DNA of 64,000 nucleotides from Clostridia bacterium (lineage in GTDB: Bacteria > Bacillota > Clostridia > Oscillospirales > Acutalibacteraceae). The notes beneath the pieces were generated by a model. That model was not told where the DNA came from. It was given only the letters and a program-made list of their open reading frames with translations, and did no database searches. Positions 25,870 through 34,753 of this stretch are shown one piece after another; positions within the stretch are counted from its first letter, which is position 1, and every line of letters begins with the position of its first letter. The stretch is from contig JAFUPP010000039.1 of assembly GCA_017481115.1 (NCBI GenBank), positions 1-64,000 on the forward strand. Reading direction: 5' to 3'. The translations under genes and the position numbers were made by a program.

Positions 25870-27351
25870 ATGCGAATCGGATTTGATAACGACAAATATC
25901 TTGCTTTGCAGTCAAAGCACATTAAGGACAGAATAAAGCAGTTTGGAGGAAAGCTGTATCTTGAATTCGGCGGTAAGCTGTTTGATGACTTTCACGCATC
26001 GCGTGTTTTACCCGGATTTTGTCCTGACAGTAAGGTCAAGATGCTTTACGAGCTTCGTGACGAGACCGAAATGGTCATCGTTCTTTCTGCCGACGCTATC
26101 GAAAAGAACAAGCGCAGAGGAGATCTCGGTATTACATATGATATAGACTGCTTAAGGCTTATCGACGCATTCCGTTCTATCGGCCTTTTCGTTGGCAGTG
26201 TATGTATCACACAGTTTTCGGAGCAGCCCGCAGCGGTACAGTTCATATCCCGTCTTCAAAAGCTTGGTATGAAGGTTTATAAGCATTATAAGATTCCCGA
26301 TTATCCCAACAATGTTCCCCTTATAGTAAGTGACGAGGGCTACGGTAAGAATGAATTTATCGAGACCGAAAGAAGCCTTGTTGTGGTCACCGCACCGGGT
26401 CCGGGCAGCGGAAAGATGGCAACCTGTCTTTCACAGCTTTATCACGAGTATAAAAGAGGTAAAAAGGCGGGTTATGCAAAGTTTGAGACCTTCCCTATCT
26501 GGAATTTACCCTTAAAGCATCCCGTAAACATTGCGTATGAGGCGGCAACCGCCGATCTTAACGACGTTAATATGATAGATCCCTTCCATCTTGACGCATA
26601 CGGTGAGACCACCGTCAACTACAACCGTGATGTTGAGATATTCCCCGTACTTAATGCAATACTCACCAAAATTTCGGGCGAGTCGGTATATAAGTCACCC
26701 ACAGATATGGGTGTAAATATGGCAGGTTTTTGCATTACCGATGACGACGCAGTAAACGATGCTTCAAAGCAGGAGGTCATCCGCCGTTACTACGAATGTG
26801 CCTGTTTAGTCCGTCAGGGTCTTGAGGAATCGGCAACACTCGGCAGAATCGAAAGACATATGACCACACTTGGTATCACCATTGAGGACAGAAAGGCGGT
26901 CGCTCCCTGTCTTATCAAGGCAGAGCTTACGGGTGCTCCCGCAGCGGCTATCGAGCTTGAAAACGGACAGGTGGTTACAGGTAAGACCACCGAGCTTTTG
27001 GGCGCAGCATCTGCAATGCTTATGAACACCTTAAAGGTTCTCGGCGGCATTTCGGACGAGGTACTTCTTCTCTCCCCCACCGTTATTGAGCCTATTCAAA
27101 AGCTAAAGACCGAGCATATGGGAAGTCATAACCCCCGACTTCACACCGACGAGGTGCTTATTGCTCTGTCCATCTGTGCGGCGACCGATCCCGTAGCAAA
27201 GAAGGCTATGGAGCAGTTACCAAAGCTTAAAGGACTTGATATGCATTCATCGGTTATGCTTTCAAGCGTAGATATACACACCTTTAAGCATCTTGGTGTC
27301 AGGGTTACCTGTGAACCAAAGAGCCAGACCAAAAAATTATACTACAAATAA
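25870..27351 (+). CDS. DUF1846 (UPF0371) family protein
   Basis: MRIGFDNDKYLALQSKHIKDRIKQFGGKLYLEFGGKLFDDFHASRVLPGF is the signature N-terminus of UPF0371. RBS AAAGAGGGAAA. A TTGACA(N16)TATAAT-like promoter lies at 25796-25824. Confidence 0.8.
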   Translation: MRIGFDNDKYLALQSKHIKDRIKQFGGKLYLEFGGKLFDDFHASRVLPGFCPDSKVKMLYELRDETEMVIVLSADAIEKNKRRGDLGITYDIDCLRLIDAFRSIGLFVGSVCITQFSEQPAAVQFISRLQKLGMKVYKHYKIPDYPNNVPLIVSDEGYGKNEFIETERSLVVVTAPGPGSGKMATCLSQLYHEYKRGKKAGYAKFETFPIWNLPLKHPVNIAYEAATADLNDVNMIDPFHLDAYGETTVNYNRDVEIFPVLNAILTKISGESVYKSPTDMGVNMAGFCITDDDAVNDASKQEVIRRYYECACLVRQGLEESATLGRIERHMTTLGITIEDRKAVAPCLIKAELTGAPAAAIELENGQVVTGKTTELLGAASAMLMNTLKVLGGISDEVLLLSPTVIEPIQKLKTEHMGSHNPRLHTDEVLIALSICAATDPVAKKAMEQLPKLKGLDMHSSVMLSSVDIHTFKHLGVRVTCEPKSQTKKLYYK

Positions 27352-27354
27352 AAT

Positions 27355-27385
27355 TAAACCCGTCTTTCAGACGGGTTTTGGTATT
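27355..27385 (+). terminator. Weak terminator or attenuator between the DUF1846 and MATE genes
   Basis: AAACCCGTCT-ttcag-ACGGGTTT followed by TGGTATT. The U-tract is short. Confidence 0.45.
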
Positions 27386-27390
27386 AAAAA

Positions 27391-28770
27391 ATGAACTTAT
27401 TAGCTAAAGAACAGGGATTTTTCAAAAAAATACTTCTTATTGCTCTGCCTATTGCTTTGCAGGGTCTTATTACCACGGGTGTAAACGCTATGGACACCGT
27501 TATGGTGGGCTCCCTTGGTGAGACCGAGCTTTCGGCGGTAGGTCTTGCAAACCAGTTTATCAATATTTTCCATATTTTTTGTATGGGTATCGGTATGGGT
27601 GCCTCGGTGCTTGTGGCAAGATATTTCGGTATGAAGGATGATTCCTCCTTAAAAAAGACAATAACCATTATGCTTCGTCTGGTGCTTATTATGTCGGCTC
27701 TGTTTTGCATAGTTACCATCTGTATTCCGCGATACATAATGATGATTTACACAAACCAGACGGATTTTATAGATTTAGGTGTGGAGTATCTTAACTACTC
27801 GGTAATAACCTACTTTTTACTCGGTCTTTCCACCACCTGCACCATACTTCTTCGAAACGTAGACCAAATAAGGATACCTCTTTACACCTCTATCGGTGCA
27901 TTTTTTGTAAATATCGGAGCAAACTACCTCTTTATTTTCGGACCCTGGATATTCCCTGAAATGCGTGTTGCGGGTGCAGCTGTAGGTACGCTTATTGCCC
28001 GTATATTTGAGGTTTTGGTAATCTGCGGATATCTCTTTTTTAAGGAAAAGAAGATATGCTACCGTTTAAAAGAATTCTTTAAGCCGGTGGGTGTTTTGTG
28101 GAAGGAGTATGTGAGGATCAGTATTCCCGTACTCATAAGCGACGGCATTTTAGCGCTGGGTAACAGCTCGGTCACATCGGTAATCGGACATCTTGATGAA
28201 GGTTTTGTGGCGGCAAACTCCGTCACTACCGTAACACAGCAGTTAAGCTCGGTTATGATACAGGGCTTCTCTCAAGCGGGAAGCATCGTTACGGGTCAGA
28301 CCTTGGGACAGGGCGAGCGTGAAAAGGCACGAAAGCAGGGTTACATATTTTTAGCACTTGGATTTTTGTTCGGTCTTGTTGCGGCGGGTATCGTAACGCT
28401 TATCAGTGGCCCGATGATATCGGCTTATAATCTCACCCCCGAAACCGCAAAAATAGCCGAACAGTTAATGCTGTCCATAAGTATAATAATCGTGTTCCAG
28501 GCAACAAACTCCATTATGACAAAGGGAGTTCTTCGTGGCGGCGGTGACACCAAAATGCTGATGCTTGCCGACAACATCTTTTTGTGGATATTTGCTCTGC
28601 CGTTAGGAGTATACGCCGGATTTTTTACAAGTGCCTCACCCTTTTGGATATACCTTTTATTAAAGAGCGACCAGATATTAAAGGCGTTTTGGTGCGTAAT
28701 AAGGCTTAAGGGCGGCAAATGGATAAAACGAATCCTCACCGACGACGAACTTGAAAAGCAAAAAAAATAA
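27391..28770 (+). CDS. MATE family efflux transporter
   Basis: Twelve transmembrane helices and the N-terminal motif ILLIALPIALQGLITTGVNAMDTVMVGSLG. Confidence 0.85.
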   Translation: MNLLAKEQGFFKKILLIALPIALQGLITTGVNAMDTVMVGSLGETELSAVGLANQFINIFHIFCMGIGMGASVLVARYFGMKDDSSLKKTITIMLRLVLIMSALFCIVTICIPRYIMMIYTNQTDFIDLGVEYLNYSVITYFLLGLSTTCTILLRNVDQIRIPLYTSIGAFFVNIGANYLFIFGPWIFPEMRVAGAAVGTLIARIFEVLVICGYLFFKEKKICYRLKEFFKPVGVLWKEYVRISIPVLISDGILALGNSSVTSVIGHLDEGFVAANSVTTVTQQLSSVMIQGFSQAGSIVTGQTLGQGEREKARKQGYIFLALGFLFGLVAAGIVTLISGPMISAYNLTPETAKIAEQLMLSISIIIVFQATNSIMTKGVLRGGGDTKMLMLADNIFLWIFALPLGVYAGFFTSASPFWIYLLLKSDQILKAFWCVIRLKGGKWIKRILTDDELEKQKK

Positions 28771-28795
28771 TTAATTATATTTGTAGGAGTAAAAA

Positions 28796-29056
28796 ATGAA
28801 AAAATGTAACTGTTGTAAATCGTTAATATCCGACAACGACAAGATTTGTCCAACCTGCAGTTCACCGATTGAGACCCTGTACTGTCCTAAATGCAGGTCA
28901 ACCGATATTGACTTTACCATCAAATCTCCCGGCAAGTTTCGGCTTTTTTGGGCACGCATAAATTATTCATATTACCGTGCCGAAATATATGAGCAAAAAC
29001 ACCAAAAATTTTACTATGTTTGCAAAAACTGCGGAAAGCATTTTAAACGTAAGTAG
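28796..29056 (+). CDS. Small zinc-ribbon protein (86 aa)
   Basis: Two CxxC pairs (CPTCSS...CPKCRS) plus a C-terminal CKNCGKHF. RBS AGGAG. Confidence 0.6.
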   Translation: MKKCNCCKSLISDNDKICPTCSSPIETLYCPKCRSTDIDFTIKSPGKFRLFWARINYSYYRAEIYEQKHQKFYYVCKNCGKHFKRK

Positions 29057-29128
29057 GGGCAAACTGTGTTCGCCCGCGGGCGTTCGCAGAACGCCCCTAC
29101 ATCCCTTTCAGATGGGGTCAAGTATTAC

Positions 29129-29160
29129 GGACAGTCGGGCATGACTGTCCCTGCGTTTTC
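29129..29160 (+). terminator. Hairpin terminator after the zinc-ribbon gene
   Basis: GGACAGTC-gggcat-GACTGTCC followed by CTGCGTTTTCTC. Confidence 0.55.
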
Positions 29161-29265
29161 TCTTACATCTTCGCTACCACCTTACTTAAAAAGCAGTGAA
29201 CATTTCGGACGTTTACCAGAGATAATTTATCTAAAACAATGCTTTTCCCAATCGAATGTGTTAAA

Positions 29266-29305
29266 AACCACGGTAACGCTATCGCGTACCGTGGTTTTTT
29301 GCTTT
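29266..29305 (+). terminator. Second intrinsic terminator in the same intergenic region
   Basis: CCACGGTAACGC-tatc-GCGTACCGTGG followed by TTTTTTGCTTTTT. Confidence 0.7.
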
Positions 29306-29410
29306 TTATACCACTAAAATTTCATCTGTTTTAGATGCCTAGCAGTTTCATAACTCCAAATAAACTTGGGTGAGAAACCAATTTCTCACTATATGAACGC
29401 TTCGGTTGGT

Positions 29411-32400
29411 TTATTTTGTATAGTAGTCTTTAAGATTGTTGATTTCGGCTGAGGTCAACGTGCCGTTAAAGATAAGAAGATCATCAATGTACGCGTTGGT
29501 GGGACATGCCTTTTTGCCGTCTGCGCCTACAACGAAGGGTAGGTCGGTGTCAAAGGATATGCCCTTAAAGCCTTCATCAAGCTCGATAGAATAAACCTTT
29601 GAGAAATTATAATAGAAATTCATTAGGTTTTTCTCACGGTCGAATTCTAAAATTGTATGCACCCAGCCTGTCGGCACGTCATCGGGATAAAATACGATAT
29701 CTCCTCTTATTGTGCCGTTATAACCAACGTTAGCCTTAAAGTGATTACTGCGAAGCGACAGTACGATTCCGGAATTTAAGCCCTTAGTCCAGTCACTGTT
29801 TGCATAAATAACCGTATCGGATGTTATTTTGTTCGGCTTTATCCAGGTGGCAATAGCAAAGGAATCAGTGCCGAAGGTTACGTCGTCAAGCTGAAGCAAT
29901 GAGTTGGAATTAACACTTGCAGACTGTCCGTAATATCCTGCAATGTACTCTACGGTGCCGATTTCGGTTGCATTTGTGCCCTTAAGCGCATTTGCATTAC
30001 CGTCAAAGGTGTATGCCGCGGTCAGCTTGTTGTTATTTACGTAGCTTGTTAATTCCTTATCGGTGGTGGCTCCGAAATAATAGTTATTGTAGTAGTTTTT
30101 AAGATTTGTTATATCGGTTGCATCGGGAGCTACGTTCAGGATCATAAGATCGTCAACCGTTACCGTAATACCTGTTGGGAAGGACCAGTTGCCATTTCCG
30201 TCTGCACCTACGGTAAAGGGAAGGCCCGTATCAAAGCTCTTGCCGTCCAATGCTTCAACAAGGTCTACCGATATGATCTCTTCAAAGTTAAAGTACATCT
30301 TCATCTTACGGTTTTCGCGGTCAATGACAAATAACGAATGCGACCATCCGCCGTAAGGAATGTTTTTGTTCTTATAGTCGGCGCGGTTGGTACCGTCAGC
30401 AGCGTTAAGAGCATAGCCAAGCTTTCTGAGTGATACAAGGTAGCCGGGGTTTTTACCGCTTGCCCAGTCCTTATTTCCAAACAAGATACCCTCATTAGTG
30501 GTGCTGAAGGTTCCGTCAAGCTTATGCCACATTGAAACCGCAAAGGAATTCGAACCTACGGATATATTGGGAATGGTGATGTAATTGCCGTTTGAAACAA
30601 CCGCACCATTGCCGTAGATACCGCTGTTATAGGTTACACTGCCTACCGCCGTTCCTGTATCGGCGTTGTTTGCGGCAGTAAGATCTCCGTCAAAGTTGTA
30701 CATTGCAACTATCTTGTCGCTTGATACGAAGTTGTTAATATAACCTGCACTTCCCTGTGTAGGAGTAGCAAAGGAATCAACGTTTGATGCAGGACGTGCG
30801 GGAGGAGTAAGATTATCGGTAAAGAAATTTTGAGGAATGTATGAGTCCCAATTATCTCTGCCCTCGATGCCCAATGCATTGCAAACGGTTGCGGGGATAT
30901 CGCGAATGTAAAGTGAAAGCTCGTTGGTCTTGTTTATCGTCTTACCGGTTGCACCAAAGAAGATATACTTTTCATCATCAGTCCAACCGCCGTGTCCCTT
31001 ACCCGTACCGCCGTGATCGGTGGTTACGATAAAGAGGGTATCGTCAAGTATTCCCGCCTCTACGACCGCGTCGTATATGCGTCCTATACGTGCGTCGGTC
31101 TGCTCAATGGCATCAAGATGCGCCTGGGTGCCGTAGCCATAGGAATGACCCGCACTATCGGGAGCGTTAAACTGAACGAACATAAGCTCGGGAGAAGCGT
31201 TTTTAATGGCGTTGATTGCGCTTTGGGTAACGCCGTCCTCATCGCCCGTTCCCTTAACGACATTAATACCGTTCTCAACAATACCGATGTTGATATTATT
31301 CCAAGCCGTATATGAATGAAGCACAGCCGAAGGCATTGCCTCTCTTACAATACGGAAAATGGTAGGATATTCATCCGACATTGCATAAGGAGTATTTGCT
31401 GTTATTTCGTTTGTGAGTCCGTGAAGCGACGGAATAACACCCGTCATAAGTGAACCCCAAGACTGTGCGGAAATAGACGGATTTGCACAAATACCTGTAT
31501 AGGTTGTTGCACCGTTTGCAAAAATAGCATCAGTTTCGGGGGTATTTGCCTCCTCAAACCATGCACCTGCGCCGTCTGCTCCTAAGATTATAACGTGCTT
31601 ATAATTAAACTCCTTGTTAATAAAAATATTATCAACATAAACTTTACCCGTTGCAGAAATATCAACGGTATGCTCTCCATACTCCAAATCACTTGAGGTA
31701 TAAACTATCTGGTCAAAGTTTACGTCAATGCTGTCGTCGTAAAGATTTACCTCAACAGGCTCACCGCCATCTACCGACACGGTCATTTTTCCCTGAGATT
31801 TACTTGTATATGAGCCTATTTTAAAACCTTTGCCCGTGTATTTGAATTGCATTGTGCTGCCTCCCGTGTTTGTAAAAAGTGCCTTACGGGTCGAAAGTAA
31901 AAAGGTATTTTTTGTATTCCATTCACCTGTTAAAGTCGGTTCAAGCTCATCCGCCTCAAAGGACTCGTAGGTGACGTCGGCCTCTTCGATACTGCCAAAA
32001 CTGCCGTTGATCTTAACTGCGTCTAAGCAAGCCTTTCCGAAAACACGAATGGATGCGGTATGCTCACCGCTTTCAAGCGACTTACTGAAAATAACCGTTT
32101 TAAAATCATTATCCATTGAATCAGAATAAAGACTTACAATTTCTTCAGCCGCACCATCGATGGAAATGAACATTTTGCCCTGAGTTCTGCTCTTGTAGGA
32201 TACAAGCTCAATAATACTACCGTCAAATGCAAAATCTATCGTTCCACCGCTAACGGTAGTCATTCCGTAGCCGCCGCTTAAAAAGTAGCTCTTGCGCTCG
32301 GACCAATTATCCGAAAAAACCACCTCTTCAAGCTCTTCTGCTTCATAGGTAACGGCGGCAGTTGATGCAACCGCCGTAACCGAAAATAAAACAGAGGTTA

Positions 32401-32455
32401 GAGCAACCAAAACGACTAAAACTAATGAGACTATGGGTTTAAATCTTTTTTTCAT
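29411..32455 (-). CDS. Secreted multidomain type I phosphodiesterase / nucleotide pyrophosphatase (AlkP superfamily) with two N-terminal beta-sandwich modules and two C-terminal LamG-like domains
   Basis: Signal peptide. Two repeats (SYKSRTQGKMFISIDG and SYTSKSQGKMTVSVDG). NPP-like core (VIILGADGAGAW, SWGSLMTGVIPSLHGL, FNAPDSAGHSYGYG, VTTDHGG). Two concanavalin/LamG-like repeats (FAVSMWHK..., FAIATWIKP...). RBS GGAAGGTG. Confidence 0.8.
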   Translation of the reverse strand: MKKRFKPIVSLVLVVLVALTSVLFSVTAVASTAAVTYEAEELEEVVFSDNWSERKSYFLSGGYGMTTVSGGTIDFAFDGSIIELVSYKSRTQGKMFISIDGAAEEIVSLYSDSMDNDFKTVIFSKSLESGEHTASIRVFGKACLDAVKINGSFGSIEEADVTYESFEADELEPTLTGEWNTKNTFLLSTRKALFTNTGGSTMQFKYTGKGFKIGSYTSKSQGKMTVSVDGGEPVEVNLYDDSIDVNFDQIVYTSSDLEYGEHTVDISATGKVYVDNIFINKEFNYKHVIILGADGAGAWFEEANTPETDAIFANGATTYTGICANPSISAQSWGSLMTGVIPSLHGLTNEITANTPYAMSDEYPTIFRIVREAMPSAVLHSYTAWNNINIGIVENGINVVKGTGDEDGVTQSAINAIKNASPELMFVQFNAPDSAGHSYGYGTQAHLDAIEQTDARIGRIYDAVVEAGILDDTLFIVTTDHGGTGKGHGGWTDDEKYIFFGATGKTINKTNELSLYIRDIPATVCNALGIEGRDNWDSYIPQNFFTDNLTPPARPASNVDSFATPTQGSAGYINNFVSSDKIVAMYNFDGDLTAANNADTGTAVGSVTYNSGIYGNGAVVSNGNYITIPNISVGSNSFAVSMWHKLDGTFSTTNEGILFGNKDWASGKNPGYLVSLRKLGYALNAADGTNRADYKNKNIPYGGWSHSLFVIDRENRKMKMYFNFEEIISVDLVEALDGKSFDTGLPFTVGADGNGNWSFPTGITVTVDDLMILNVAPDATDITNLKNYYNNYYFGATTDKELTSYVNNNKLTAAYTFDGNANALKGTNATEIGTVEYIAGYYGQSASVNSNSLLQLDDVTFGTDSFAIATWIKPNKITSDTVIYANSDWTKGLNSGIVLSLRSNHFKANVGYNGTIRGDIVFYPDDVPTGWVHTILEFDREKNLMNFYYNFSKVYSIELDEGFKGISFDTDLPFVVGADGKKACPTNAYIDDLLIFNGTLTSAEINNLKDYYTK

Positions 32456-32614
32456 AATTTCACCTTCCGTTTTTACAGATAAAACATCTGCTGGTTTTAC
32501 ATCATTTTATCATATAAGTTACTTTTAAAATTACACTGTATTAGAAAAATTACTGTAGTATTTTTACATTAATGTGTATTTTTTTGCCATTTTGTAAAAA
32601 ATAACACATACAGA

Positions 32615-32642
32615 TTGACAACGAGCTTTTAAGCTATATAAT
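32615..32642 (+). promoter_or_regulatory. Promoter of the AraC-family gene
   Basis: TTGACA (32615-32620), a 16-nt spacer, and TATAAT (32637-32642). Confidence 0.6.
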
Positions 32643-32659
32643 GAGCTTGAGGTGAGATT

Positions 32660-33517
32660 ATGCAAAAATTATATCATTTTCATTTTAAGGATGAGGTTTT
32701 TTTCGGGTGTCATAAAAGCTTTAACTATGCGCTTACGGATAAGACATTGGGTCTTTACGTTCGGTTACACGACCACGATTATTATGAGATAGCGCTTTTA
32801 TCTAAGGGAAGGTGTATCCATTACGTAAACGGAACCGAATTCACTCTTTCACCCGGTACTCTTATTTTTATGCGCGACACAGATACTCACTGCTTTATGC
32901 CGATTGATAACAAAAACTACGTGCTGCATAACATTTCCTTTAACAAATCGGTTTTTGAAAAACTGCTTATATTTTTGGACGACTCGTACGAGCTTTCCCA
33001 TCTGTTCAACTCAAAGTATCCGTATAGCGTAACGCTCACGCCGATCGAAAATGAACATCTGACAAAACGAATAGAGCTGTTCTCCTGCATACCGCCGACA
33101 GAGATAAACTCCGAGGGAAAAAAGCTTTTGTTTAAGATGATAACCGATTATTTTTTGCTTAAGACAGATACTGAATTCAACTTTCAAAAGCCGCCTCCAC
33201 AGTGGTTTATAGATATGTGTACGACAATGACGCTAAAGGAAAATTATCAAAGGGGTATTTCGATTATGCCCGAAATTTCCAATAAGTCTCCAAGCTATAT
33301 TGCAAAAGCGTTTCAAACCTATATGAATACAACGCCGACCGAGTTTGTAAATCAACTGCGATTAAATTATGCCGAGCGATTATTACTTCACACCAATACC
33401 TCTATAATCGATATTTGCTATTCTGTGGGCTTTAACAACGAAAGCTGGTTTTACAAAAAATTTAAAGAGCGTCATAATATGACGCCCTTTCATTACCGTA
33501 AGCTGCACAAGGGATGA
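32660..33517 (+). CDS. AraC-family transcriptional regulator (cupin sensor plus HTH)
   Basis: C-terminal AraC HTH (NTSIIDICYSVGFNNESWFYKKFKERHNMTPFHYRK) and an N-terminal cupin-like domain. RBS GAGGTGAG. Confidence 0.85.
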   Translation: MQKLYHFHFKDEVFFGCHKSFNYALTDKTLGLYVRLHDHDYYEIALLSKGRCIHYVNGTEFTLSPGTLIFMRDTDTHCFMPIDNKNYVLHNISFNKSVFEKLLIFLDDSYELSHLFNSKYPYSVTLTPIENEHLTKRIELFSCIPPTEINSEGKKLLFKMITDYFLLKTDTEFNFQKPPPQWFIDMCTTMTLKENYQRGISIMPEISNKSPSYIAKAFQTYMNTTPTEFVNQLRLNYAERLLLHTNTSIIDICYSVGFNNESWFYKKFKERHNMTPFHYRKLHKG

Positions 33518-33555
33518 TCGGCAGGGATTATACGGGCAGCAGTACAGGTACAATA

Positions 33556-33600
33556 AAAGCGTGATGTCGAAATTCTTTCGACATCACGCTTGATTTTTAT
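33556..33600 (+). terminator. Terminator of the AraC gene
   Basis: AAGCGTGATGTCGAAA-ttc-TTTCGACATCACGCTT followed by GATTTTTAT. Confidence 0.8.
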
Positions 33601-33685
33601 GCTTTAATTGTCCGTCTCGAGTTAGTTCTCGGTCATTATGCGTTTTATCCACTTGCCGCCCTTAAGCCTTGTTCACTGCTTTTTG

Positions 33686-34615
33686 TTATTTTATTTCAAA
33701 CTGGGCGTAGATCATAAAGTGGTCGGAGTGCTGATTTGTGTCTACCGCACTTGAAACAAGCTTAAAGCCCTTATCGTACATAATGTTATCAATACACTTT
33801 GTGGGCCAACCGTCGTTGGGAATCCAGCTTGCAAGCTGATTGTTCTGATTGTTTACCTTGGAGAGTGATTTTACCTGGTCAAATTCGCTGATTGCCTCAA
33901 CATTAAAGTCGCCTGTAAGCAAACAGTTCTTTTTGCCCTTCATAAACTCCTCTACCTCTGCAAACTGCGAGGTTCTTGCCTCTGCGGTATTGTAGGTGAA
34001 GTGGGTATTGAAAAGATTTACCTTTTTACCCTGAACGGTGATCTCTACCATCTGTACCACCCTCTGCTCATAGCCGAAGGAGTTTATCTGCTTTGATGCC
34101 TCATTTGTAATGGGATACTTTGAGAGAATACCGATTCCGTATTCACCACCGATACTTGCGGGAAGATCTATTGCCTTTACAAAGGTGTAGTATTTATAGC
34201 CCGTAAGCTCCGACAGCACCTTCATAGTATCAAGATTTTGTGAGCGACCCGAAAGACGGTCTATCTCCTGAAAACCTACAATGTCAATATCCTTACTTGT
34301 GATATCGTTTGCAATAAGCTGCATATTGTGTCCGCATTTCGAACCGTTTGCGATGTTATAAGATGCGACCTTCAACATTATTCCCTCCTCTTGAGTGGGT
34401 TTACTTTCAGTTTCGGTTTCGGCGCTTACCACCGGTGTGCTTTCTACCGACGAAACGCTTTGCTCGGATGATTCCTCTGCGCTGCTCGACACGGTCTCCG
34501 TCTTGCTTGACACGGCAGATATGGTGCTTGTAACCGAAGAAACCTCCTCATCACCGCAGGCAGAAAAGCTGAACATCAGCATAAACATTAAAACTAATGC
34601 AATTGCTCTTTTCAT
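33686..34615 (-). CDS. Secreted lipoprotein of the endonuclease/exonuclease/phosphatase (EEP) family
   Basis: Signal peptide with lipobox (FSFSAC|G), a Ser/Glu/Thr-rich linker, and an EEP domain (ASYNIANG...VGFQE...TGDFN...SDH). RBS AGGAGGG. Confidence 0.8.
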   Translation of the reverse strand: MKRAIALVLMFMLMFSFSACGDEEVSSVTSTISAVSSKTETVSSSAEESSEQSVSSVESTPVVSAETETESKPTQEEGIMLKVASYNIANGSKCGHNMQLIANDITSKDIDIVGFQEIDRLSGRSQNLDTMKVLSELTGYKYYTFVKAIDLPASIGGEYGIGILSKYPITNEASKQINSFGYEQRVVQMVEITVQGKKVNLFNTHFTYNTAEARTSQFAEVEEFMKGKKNCLLTGDFNVEAISEFDQVKSLSKVNNQNNQLASWIPNDGWPTKCIDNIMYDKGFKLVSSAVDTNQHSDHFMIYAQFEIK

Positions 34616-34689
34616 AATATACCCTCCTGATTTATCTACACTAATTTTACCATTATAATAAAAAAAGTCAATCCACTATTTACCTAATA

Positions 34690-34723
34690 TTAAGAAAAGC
34701 CCTACGGAAAATTCCGTAGGGCT
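34690..34723 (-). terminator. Terminator of the 1417-aa gene
   Basis: GCCCTACGGAA-aatt-CCGTAGGGC followed by TTTTCTT on the minus strand. Confidence 0.7.
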
Positions 34724-34753
34724 TGAATTGATTCAGATTGATTTAATTAAGAT

